Assembly: GCA_905178155.1 (NCBI GenBank)
Contig: CAJINV010000001.1
Coordinates: 13,971,265 to 14,035,264, forward strand
DNA length: 64,000 nt
Source of the DNA: Amoebophrya sp. A120
Lineage: Eukaryota > Protista > Dinoflagellata
Direction: 5' to 3'
Shown: one piece after another, positions 49,723 to 61,100 of the stretch
Layout of the letters: the number at the start of each line of letters is the position of its first letter
Numbering within the stretch: the first letter of the stretch is position 1
The notes under the pieces: generated by a model
The model's database searches: none
What the model saw: only the letters and a program-made list of their open reading frames with translations
Told to the model about the DNA's origin: nothing
Program-made: the position numbers and the translations under genes

Positions 49723-52700
49723 TCAATCTTTCAGTTTGTAGTACTTCAGGGTTGCTGGGTCGTAGTAAACTCCAAGGAGAGGGTCGTACATTACCTCGAT
49801 GTAAGCGCCAGGATTTTGCTCCACCGCTCGGTCCGGCGAGGTTATCGGCACTACAGGCGGCGTAAAGGGACGCTTCATCTGATGGTACGGAATGTTATCC
49901 GGGTGGGAGTAGGACGAGGATGGTTCACTACCCGTTGACGCGGAAGCGCGGGGTTGGCTCCGCTGCTGTTCAAAAGCAAGTGAGCTGCGCGACTGCTGGT
50001 GTTGGAAAGCGCGAGAAGCAGTTGCTACTCCATCGGTTCCCTGCCCAGACTCCCGTTTGGGCGAGAAGGAGCGGGTACTTTCTGGTTCTTGCATAGACGG
50101 TGGGTCGCGTTTCATTTGCAGCTGCGGATGAACCAGCGGTTGACCAAAAGCAGCGCTGGCTGGCGCTTCACGCGCGGTTATTCTTGGGTCGGGTGGATCT
50201 ACTCCCGGCCTGTAGTTGTTCATATTGAGTTTGCTGAAAAACGAATGAAACTGCAAGCTCATGCAGACCCTGAGTAATGCTAATGCATATGCAAAACTCA
50301 GTACCAGTAGCAGTTCGTGCATCAGCATCACAACACGTTGAAAGATCAAATGATAATGAAGAGAATCGCGATTTTCCTTTAGTTGCTCAGTCGTACTAGT
50401 AACTTACCTGCCGCGTCCGCCGGCTGAGATGCTTGCGTGATTCGGCAAACCGGGACTCAGGTAGGTGTCCGCCGCATTTCGGGAGGCATGAATCGAAGAT
50501 GCTTCTTGCTCCGTTGTAAGTCCCTTCGTTGGAGAGGAGCGTGTCCAGTTGATGCCGGTGTCACGCTTGTCTTTTGGGTCCAGCTGCGTTGATTTTTTCA
50601 GATTTTCCATGCTGTAGCGAAACACCTCCTCGCTGGGCCCAAGCACAAAGTCGTCCTCTCCCGTAGTCCCGCACAAAACATTGGGTGTATCGGGAAGAAG
50701 CTCGTTCGGGGTGCTGGGTAAGAACCCGCCCTCTTGCGAGTACCGGGTGTTGGTTGCCGTGGGCACCAGCTTCGTGTTGCGATACAAACGAAACCCCTCG
50801 TCCTCCGGAGATAGCTCATTCGAGGGCGCAGACGCAGACGGCGACCGTTGCACCGCTTGTTGACCTCGTTTTCGCCGCTCTGGCGAATTCGTTGCCATGC
50901 TCGTTGTCGTTGCTGCTGGATTTGTACTGCTGGTAATATCGTGTCCTGATAGTGATATCTTGTTTGCGTGGTTTGCTGTGTCGGCAACCTTTGACGATGA
51001 CTCTCGCTGTTGCAAAAAACTCGTCGCTTCAAACTCGTTCCGCTCCGCTGCTTGCAACGGGTTGCCGTATTCTTGCACGTGCCTGTCCGGAGGTAGTTGG
51101 TGGTTTAGTTGTGTATGACTGCCAATTCCCCGCCCGACACGCTCTCCCTGCTTATTCTGACCCTGCTGTTGCTGCATTTCTTTGCTAGGTGGGGCGGAAG
51201 CTCTATTGCTTTGCCGAAGTGTGGTCTGTTCCTCTTTTCGAGCTACTGCAGCTACAGCACCATCTTCGTACGACTTTCGACCTTGCAAATTCCCCTGCGC
51301 GGCAGCCTGTTTGCGCGCTTGCATCTCTGCTCGCTTCGCGTAGAAATTCGTCGAGTGCTTTATCGAAGAGAGCATGGACGACGAGCTGACGCTACCACCC
51401 ACTTCCGCGTTCGGCGCATAAGAAAATCGCATGCGATCGACAGACGATTTCATGGGCGATGCGCTCTTTATCGGGGAAGCGGTCTTTTTCAGCGGCGAGA
51501 TGAAACCCGAGGAAGCTGAGGCGGATGGCACATGATTAGACCCCTTCAGATCCACCACGGGCCGGGTAGAAGTAGAGGAAGGCGCGGGCGCGACGTGCTC
51601 GGTAGACCGATGCGGATTGTGCAAGCTCGTTGCTGTCGTAGTGCTCGTGCTTGGGCCCATGTACGAGTATCGCATGTCCGCGCCGGGATGCGGATCCGTT
51701 GACGAAACAATTTCCGTCATGCTCGTCGAGATATGGCCGCGCGGCCGGCGTGTCGGCGAAACGCCGGAAGCGTGTCGCCGCTGTGTCAGCACTGTAGTCG
51801 TTCGAGCCCCCTGCTGCGAAGCTACTGCACTCGAGGTGGTCTTGTTGCCTGTAGTGGTCGGATTCCCAGTGCGTCGTTGCCCAGTAGCAGCTGCAGCCGT
51901 TGCCGTCTGTACTGTTGCCGGAGAGGGCGCAAGTTTTTCCACAATTGGTTCTATCATGAGCTCGTCAAAACCGTCATGCACAGTTGCTTTTTGCGGCGCA
52001 GAGACAGAGGTCGCTGCAGATGATACCAAGACTTCGCGATTGAGGTCGGGAGATGGGTCCGTTGCCCCCCGGTGTGACGATTGAGTAGTCATCTGCTCCG
52101 GCTGGTGGTCCTCATCCTCTAGCACTGGCGCGAGGATCGGTGCGAGGGATTCTTTGCTTGTCTTGTCCTGGTGGCTCGGCACTTCGTCAGCGAAACTGTC
52201 ACGAGACGCAGTTAATGAGGAGGAAAATGGAGGAACATTTGTTGCAGCGCCAACCTGTTGATCTGTTACGCCACTACTTCCGAACGTCGGACTAGATTGC
52301 GCATACAGCATCGGCATCCCGGTCGTCCGAAGCACACCAGCATTCGATGTGGTCGTCGCTGCAGGAGGGGCAACAGCATCGCTGCTCGCACCACTCATTC
52401 CGATTGCACTCATTGACGATATGGTGGCAGCGTTCGGCGGTACATTGAAGCTGTACCGCATAGACGACTGCGGTAGGGCTTCCAACGTCACATTCGAGTT
52501 CCGCCGTTTGTGCGGACTCATTTTTGATGCACCTTGGCCTGCATTGTTTCCTCCACCGCTCGTCCCTGCACCTGGATTCGGACCGTTTGTGGCGGACAGG
52601 CCCACAGTGACCGGAGAGATCGACTTTACGGGCGAGTTGGTGGAAGAATTGTGTGACGGAGGGGCTTTCATGTCTAGATCGCCGTAGTCTTCGTCCTTAT

Positions 52701-55700
52701 GGATAGTCGCCATCGCTGCAAGTGACGAGGAAGAGGAAGACGATGCAGCGCTGTTCCCAGACAGTACCGGCTGCTGCAGGTCTTGCAATGCTCCTCCTTC
52801 TCGGTCTGATGGAGGTTGTACAACTGTCGCAGGCGGCTGGTGGTGCCAGGGGTTCGAGGTCTGCACTCCACCTGCTGCGGTAGCACCGCGCGAAACCGCA
52901 GACGTTGTCCCCATTGGGTGCTTTCTCGCCGGCCCGCTGGAAGACCGACTCCCAGAACTACCCGCCACGACGCCACCGCTGACACTTGCCAAGTTCTTCG
53001 AAGTGAACGGCTGCTGCCCTGGCTGGTGGCCAAAGCTAGCTCCACCCGGCTGCCCCCAACCGCTCTTGGGGGTGGTGGTCGTTGACGACGGGTGGTCGAG
53101 TTGGGCGAGCTTTTTCTTGTGCGCCGGCACGAAGTTTTTCGTTCCCCGGGAGGAGGAGGACAGAAACGAGCTGTTGTTCGGCGTCGTTCCACCGCCACAA
53201 ACCCCATTACCGCCATCCGACAGGTCGAGGCTGCTGTCGTGCGTGCTGCCGTCGATGAACGAGCGCTCGATCGGGGCGTTCTCGTGGATAAAACTCGCCT
53301 CGTGGCTCGCCCCGCCCGGCGTCCCCGAGGAGTCGCTCGCGTAAAGCGAGGCCGAGTAGAACCCCGGCTGGTTCCCGCGGGGGCCGCCGCTGCCGGCGCC
53401 GGGCGTCGGCCCGGACGTATTCAAAGCAGCACTCGTGTTCGCCGCGGTGGGCGTGACGCGCTCTATGGACGCAGACCGGTCGCGCTGCTGGCCGGCGCGA
53501 GCAGGGTTCTGCTGCTGGTCCGCTGTTGTCTGCTGCTCCATCGATCCGCGATGCCGCGCCCAGGTCTGCTGGTCTGTGTCCAAGGGTTGCAGCCGGTGGC
53601 GCGTACTGCGTGGCCCCGACCACGTGTTCTCCAGCACGTCGGTAGGCGCGTCGCCGCGCTCCTTGTTTTCGTTCTTGGCATTGAGAACAAAGTCTCCCCT
53701 CGCTGTCGGCACCCGCAGACCAGACCTGATGAAGCTTATATTCTTCTTTTGCTACGTATCATGGAAAACATATTATTTTTTCGTCTTCTCATCAGGATCA
53801 GCAAAACAAAAACATGATCGTGATCGAAGTTATTTCAGACTGTTTACGATTTCGTGGATCGGTTCTTGCTTAGCATGAGTCCTGAGGTGGTGTGGTGCAG
53901 CTTGTGTTTGCTCCCCTGCAGCTGTTCCTTGTCCGCCGCTGCGGAGCCGGAATCGGCCCACGCGTTCGTTTGTCGCAACATCATGTGTGGGGCGCCGGAA
54001 CCACGGTCGCTCGACAGAGATCGTTTGTTCTTCATGCGCTGCGTCGAGTGGTGGTCCGCCGCACTGGCGGTACTTGTCTCCAGCAAGATTAGCGAATCCT
54101 CTTCACTTCCACGCCGGCTGCGCCGTGTCGCGGTGGTCGAGCTTCCCTCTTTATCGACATCCTGGGCCGGAAGCTGAGTTTGCGAATTTAAGTTGAGGAG
54201 CATGCCGCAGGAATCTTTACAAACACGAATGCGCTCTTCTACAACTAGATTGCAGGAGGAAGATCAAGATCAACGGAGAATCGAAAGAAGTTTGAAAACT
54301 GTAGAAAATGAGCAAGAGGTTGCTGGAGCTGCAAACAAGTAGCAGCAGCCAGGCCATTGGAGATAGAAGTACGCGATTCTGCAGCGAATTCCTGGATGCG
54401 TGCCGGCGTTTTTGTTTCGCGGCATAACTGGTCGAAGGCGCAGCTGAAGCGGTGGGCTCCACCCCGGGAGCACCTCCGCCCCGGACCAACATCTCCTCGT
54501 AAGAGAATTCGTCTGCAGCTGGGACGTTGGTGAGGGACATCTGCGAGATGTCCAGCAGCTGACTCGAAGCGGCATGCTGGTCCCCAGCCGCGTGCTGCGC
54601 TTGCTGCAACGGGAATGCAGCGCTGGAGGAACTGCTTCCCCCTGCTGTAAGAGTTCCTGTTAGGTGTAACGCAAGCGGCTGTTGCGCGTGGCCGAGCGTC
54701 GCTCCACCGGAGGCGGATGCAGGCCCCCCGCCGCGACCCCTCGTGCGGAGCTGCTGCGTCTGCGTTAGTGTTCCGGTGTTGTTCAGCAGCGATGGCACAG
54801 AAGATTGCGACTCCTTACTCGATGAGGTAGAGGTTGTTGGCGGAAATTTGTTTCCTGCCCCCTGGCCGCCGTTTTGGTCGGCTGCAAAGGACGTATTTTG
54901 GAGCTCGTGCAATTGTCCCTGCTGGAAAAACAACCCGTTGACCAGAACTGTCGCCGATGTCACGCTTTGCGCCGGAAAGTCCAGGCTTTTTGGTATTTTT
55001 TCCGCGAAGGAGCGCAGGGTGATATCCTGTGCAAAAGTATCGTACTCGTATAAATGCTACCGCTTTTTTTTGCATGAAGTCACTTCGAAGTTGGTGGGAG
55101 GTTGTTGGGAAGTCGGTGGAGAAGTTCGTGAGAAGTCGGCGCCGAAGTTGGTGCGGAGGCCCGTGAGAAGTGGCGGGACGTGTTGGCGTCGTCATCGCCC
55201 CGGCCGAGTGCCGCGGCACGGCACTCCGCCGTGGCGAGTTCTGTCCCCCTCGCTGCTTGCAGCTGCAGCTGCAAGGGCTGGAAAGAACTGCGCTACAGGT
55301 AAATAGAAAGACGGCAACTGCCACGCTTTTTATTTATTTGCAGCGCTGCTCGACCAGGTTGCGCGACGGCTCCACGCACGAAAACGTATAGAAGATGCGG
55401 CAAAAGTTGCGTCTTTGATGGCTGCACGCACAGACGCCTCTCTGATGGTTGCGCGCGCGCGACGATGTGGCGCTGCACGTCGCAGAGGCGCGGAAGTTGT
55501 TCACGTAGTCTCAATTGCAGCACTACGTATAAATCAGCAAAGTCGATTGATTTCGTAACTAATAATAAGAAGGCTTTGTTTTCTTTTGCCAAAAAACGCA
55601 GTTGTGCGTGACGCCTACACGTTATATGACATTTTTTCCTACGATACTTCTCAACAACCTCTCAACAACTTCCAAACAACTTCCTCCCCAACATCGCTAC

Positions 55701-56832
55701 GAACATCCGACCAGCTTCGTAATTTTTTAAAGGCTTCATGCAATTAATTTTTATAGGAAGGTCTGCTCTCCCAAATTAATTGCGTGACGCCTCCAAAAGA
55801 TCACTTGCAGGAGCCCGCAAGCTTTTAGCAGCAAGAGGCGTCCGAGCCTCCACACGCGGAGGCGCGGCCGAAGTATGCACAGCCAAACTAATTCGCGACT
55901 GCGCACGCGGTGGCGGCCACGAATCGAGCATAAAGAAATTGGCGCTCCTACAATTCAAATCCGCACCAATGCCCAGAAAAAACCCAGCCGCCGACTTCCG
56001 CCAACTTCTCAACAACAGCTGGGAAGTTGGTGAAAAGGTTGGGGAGAAGTTGGTGGGAAGTTGGTTAGAAGTACGCGAGAAGCTGGCGAGAAGTTGGTGA
56101 GATGTTTGATGCAGAAAAAAGCGGGATCTATACGAGTACGATACTTTTGCACAGGATAGGTGAAGATTTTGCGCAATTTGCACTCCTGACTGATGGAAAT
56201 CAGATCGAGCGATTTGAACTGCACACTCGGACCCCAGGCGTTCCTCAAAACGCTCGGCAGGTCGATGCACAGGTTGATCCACTGACCGCGCGGAACAGGC
56301 TCCGTGCAGCCCTGGACGGGAAAGCGGGCGTGTAGGGGATTCACACTCTTGTCCTTTACCGCATGGGAGAACGCAACGCGACGACGTGTCTTGCTTCCGT
56401 CCGTCACACCAAGCTCCAGGGTGAAGGTCCGATCCTTTTGGACGTCCTGATAGTAGGTGGGTTGGGTCTTGTTCTTGTTTCGCATCACTCAGATAATTTC
56501 TCGGTTGCGTGTATGTCTCGTTCGAACGAAGATTTATCGTTTACATTCATACACTTACCAGCAAAGAACGCCTGTGATACTACTCGTACCTCGCAAAGTA
56601 GCAACTGGAAGACCAAAATCGGCTGAAAAAGCTGCAAGCTTCTGTTCGCGTCTTTGGGTAGCTGAAGGCTCGGTGACGTGGCACTCTGCGAGGAGTGGTA
56701 GATGTAGCCACGAATGGCCTTATCGTAGACTCGCTGGACCGTCGGCGCGACCTTCCACGATACCGTCGGATTCGAACCCTGGGTCGTCAAAACCTCAAAG
56801 GATGGTCCTCCTTGATAAGCTTTGTCAAACAT
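49723..56832 (-). CDS. CFAP20DC: CFAP20 domain-containing protein (C3orf67-like), multi-exon
   Basis: N-terminus MFDKAYQGGPSFEV..QPILVFQL..FTLELGVTD..RRRVAFS..WINLCIDL..CKLRKIFTL and C-terminal YDPLLGVYYDPATLKYYKL motif; low-complexity middle (53712-50404). The internal junctions of the 3' exons are only approximately resolved. Confidence 0.87.
55023..56158. mobile_element. Family-C TIR introner in CFAP20DC, 1136 bp, TSD GGTGA
   Basis: 30-bp perfect TIR TATCCTGTGCAAAAGTATCGTACTCGTATA; GGTGA at 55018-55022 and 56159-56163; removal gives CKLRKIFTLRSFAEKIPKSLDFP. Confidence 0.95.
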
Positions 56833-58123
56833 CGTGAGTGCTGCTTATTGGCAACTTCGTCTTTTGAATATAAGTTTAAGTGTCGCTGAAATCAATAGCC
56901 CCTTGTTTGTGTGTCTCTCCTACTTGGTTTATACGTGTAGCGTGTGAAAAATTTGAATTTATTCCCATTGGAGTTTTTCTACTTCAGAATCCACACGTAC
57001 ACATAGTACTTCGTTGTGACACTACTAGTGCCACCAGTCTTGATTTGCTATTTAAATACTTTTTTTTTTCGCATGTGCTTTTGAATTTTCAACAGCATCT
57101 TCTCTGTGCCAAGCACTAGCTGCGCCCGCCCAACTGCTTCAGCCCCAATGAAGCAAAGTGCGCATCATCATATTGCTCGGAAACCAGCACGGTGGAACAG
57201 GCTGCCCAATTTATGTGAGTGTCAGTATCGCCGATTTGCGTCATCCATCGCTATCGGGGCAACCAATGACACAGTTTTTGATCATCGTTCTTCTTTCATG
57301 CTGCTGCTGATTCATCGCATGTTCACGATGAAAAAATCCTACATTGCCTACCAAAAAAACCATCACAATGCTGCAACTGCAGCCGGCACTGCAATTGCAA
57401 TCCCAGGCAGTTTGCGTGAATAGCCAAAGCCATGTATATTTGAAACGTAATCTACCACTTTGCTTGATACGGAAATTGCCTATCTTTCCAAACCTCATAT
57501 CTTGTTCTTGGAAAAAAGTAAATTTGTGTTGGGCCAGCAGGCGGGGAAGCACGTCAAAAAATACGTACGGCAAAAACGTTGCCCCTCTGCACCTAGCTAA
57601 AGAGTTAAAGTGTTTTTCGCTAATTTTTGTTCGAGCGGTAGCGTCATGCTCGACCCCAGTACTTTTGGATTTACTTGTATACTTGAAACGAGTTGTACTT
57701 AACTTAATGGACCCACGCGTTAACGGAACAGATTGTGGAAAAGTCAGTGTAAAACGATTGATAATGAGTAAAAATCTGTATCTGGTAGCCTTCAGACAAC
57801 TTTCACTTGGTAGCTGGGTGCTATCAAGTTTAGTTTTCTTCGAAAAGCTTAAACCCAAATTTGATGTCCGACAAAAACCTTCTACAACTGATCTTCTACA
57901 TCTAGCACAGCAATCTCGCCATAGTCTCCGGGGTCGCCTTGCGATCACGCACGTCGCCCTCCGAGGATTGCCTTCTGTCTACATCTCAGTCACAACTACA
58001 TCTACAACGTAACAATGGCACTTTTACAGCTAATTCTGTTTATCGTGTCAAACTTGCTTGAACTATCTACGTACTTACAGATACCCTAGTCTACGTAAAA
58101 CAGTCACGATATGACCTAACTTC

Positions 58124-61100
58124 TCAGCACTCTGCCCCAGGGTCCACACCACACACACGACCATAAGGGTCATGTGTTTGCTTTTTCGCCGTTGCAGCAG
58201 CTCCCCTTGTTTGGACTATTGCTGGTCTCTGCTTCCCTGTAGAAGATGAAGATCCTCTTCTACTACTTCTCGACCTGGTCACGTGCTCTAGCCTCAAGCG
58301 ATGCGCCAGTGCTGGAGATAGCACGTCGCCGTGCAAAAGGTCCCGCCTAATGCGGTACAAAAGCTTCACCGCACTCAGCTCCCTTGTTGACGTGCTGCAT
58401 TCTTTTCTCCAGCGCGACTGTTTGATTGCGGCAGTCGCTAGATCTGCATGCGAGGAGCCACGGGCCACCGAGAATGGGTTGCTTGCCTTGATTTTACCCG
58501 CCTTTCTTCCCCTACCTGAAGTTGCCGTCCCAGCGATTTGCTTGCGGGAGAGCCACAGTTGGAGGCCGTTTCTATGTTTTGATTGTTCCTGCCCGTTTAG
58601 GTTAGCGTTCTCATCCTCTACAGCTGCCACGGCTTGCCACCTGCCCGTCTCTACGAGACAGAGTCTTCGCTGATCGCGTGCGTCTCCCGCAATGGTATGT
58701 CTGATGAGAGAAGTCCGCGTAGAAATAGAACGAGCGAGAACAGACGTCGTCTGTGATGCTGCTGACTCACCTTCTGAAGCGCGATTTTGCTTCTGCTCTC
58801 CGAAAAACAAGCATTTCGCCGCGTCATCAGAACTGCCGCCGTTTTTTTGAACCAGCATCCCGAGGTCGAATGCGACACAGTCCGGATCAGTGGCACAAAT
58901 GCGCGCGCAGTTTCCTATTCTTTCATCGAGTGACTTTTTGAGATCGGTTTCCCCTTCTGTTAAATGCTGCAACTGGAAATCCGTGATGGGGAGGAAGCCG
59001 TGGCCGTCGTCTCTTTTTCGCCCGCAATTCCCGACGGAGTGGCGGAAGCTAGTCGTGCCTGGTGTTGCAGGGATTGGTTTTGTTCTTGATTCTCTTTCCT
59101 CACTAGCTTCTATCCATGTAGCGACCGCGTCGTTCCGTCGAGCTATTACGTCTTTTCTCTTTACCTTTATCTTGGTGCACCCGTGCAGCTCTTGCCCTGC
59201 GTGGTGACTTCGCGGCGGTATTGTCGAGCACAAGGACCACACCGGTTCCCGTGCGAGGGACGAGGATCTTTCCTCCTGCACACAGCCCGCATCGTGCAGC
59301 ATGACGCAGTTGGACTCTCCGTCGCTGCAGGCTCTCTCTGCTTCGCCGAGCGTCATTCTCACATTTGCGTCGCAGTATGCGTCGAAATTCTCCGGGTTGC
59401 CGACGCTTGGGCCGTCGATGTAAACGTCACTCGATGCGTCTGTGGAGCCCGATTCTGTATCCTCGGCACTGCTTTGACTTTGTCTCCAGCCTGCACCAGC
59501 AACCACTGTATCCGAGATACAAGAAGTCACCGCAGCTACTATTACATCCTGCACGCTTGGGTTGTGCGTGATGTCTTTCAGGGTTTCTCTTGCTTCGCGG
59601 TTTCTTCTCGTCGCGTTTTCCAACTCCGCCTGTCCTAAATCCTCACTGCTGAGTCGCATTTCAAGAGCAAGGCTTTCCAAAGTCACGACTTCCGAAGCTT
59701 TGTTTTCCAGCGCTGTTTTCTCCGTCGGGTTACTTCTAGCGCAGGCGAACCCTCTGCGTTGCGTTTCCCACTTCGCTGCTGCCTCCCCGACGGACAAGAG
59801 GATCTTCTCTTCTGCAGGAGTCGCCAAAACGGCGTCGTACTCTTCCCTGCAGATGCGGTCCGCGCGGCGTTGGTCGACAGGGAACAAACTCTTTACAACT
59901 CGTGCACACGTACTTCTACCTCTCGAAGGTGTCGTGCCTATCCCAACCCAGTCGGGAGAAGTTCCGCAGTCTACTGAAGAACTTGAGAGATGAGACAGAG
60001 ACTCTCGTGCTACCACATCTTCACTCGGTGATGCGGAAGTAGGCTCCGGCTTTGCGAGAGCAGCTGGTCTTTTCGGTGAAACGCAGACGCCAACGTAGGC
60101 CCGGTCTACTGCTGCAACGTCACCGCTCGCGCTTTCCGATTCGCAGTAGCCCTCGGAACCGCAGTCCATCTGTTCGCACGGATCTACGCACACGTCCGTT
60201 TCTTCCCCCTCGACGCTACTGAGGTGGAGCGCCACCCGATTGAAGCCGGACTTACAGGCCCGACAATCTCCCGGGAGTCCTTGGCGACGCGGGTCGTGGC
60301 ACTCGCACTGCGGCTCGCTTTTCGTTCCGCCAACACAGGTACCTCGATCGCCGCATTCGTCTCCGCAGACCGATAAACTGCAGGCTGGAGATTGTAGGGC
60401 CAAATCTACCTGTCCCGTCCAACCCGGGGCGCAGTCGTTCTTCCCCTGCGCGCAAGTGTACAACTCGGGTTGCGTCGGCAAAAAGGCGTGCGTCTCCTGG
60501 CGCGCAGCGCAGACACAGACGTGCTCCGTGGCGTCGACCACTTCACACACACCCTCCGTCAATTGCCCCATGTTGTCAGTTAGGGAGCAGTCCACGTTGA
60601 GACAGGGATCGTCTACAAATGGAACTTGGCATTCGTAAGTGAATCCGCCTGCGGAGAAAAGCGGTCGGCAAATCTCGTCTTCCTGGCAACTTCCTGGTGG
60701 GCAAGTGTCCGGCACACATTGTCTTGTCTGCACATCACGACGGAAGCCGACGAAGCACTCCTCGCATTTCTCTTCGTTCGGGACTGTACAATGCTTGTCG
60801 GTTGACGGAAGCCCTGCGGGTATACCTTCGTAAGTGCACTGACATGAAGACGCCGCGGGGTCTACTTCTGCAGTTGAGGGTGGAAGTCGTGTTGGAACAC
60901 AAGAGCCGCCGGCCGTTCTTTTGTTCTCTTCACCTTTTTGCTTCCTCTTCTCTACTTCTTCAGGGTCGTCTGAGATGAGTATGAGACTCGCGTCTTCGCT
61001 GTACGTCGTGCCTTCGTCGTCCACGTATTCGTAGCCCTCAGCACAGAATTCGCTGACTTTCCCTGCGGTAAGACCTCGTCGACAGCTGTGGCCCCCGTGC

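Noticed and set aside
57241-58012. Overlapping 235-aa (-) and 222-aa (+) ORFs
   Set aside because: No recognisable motifs and no clear ATG start; cannot be supported as genes, though an extra exon cannot be excluded.
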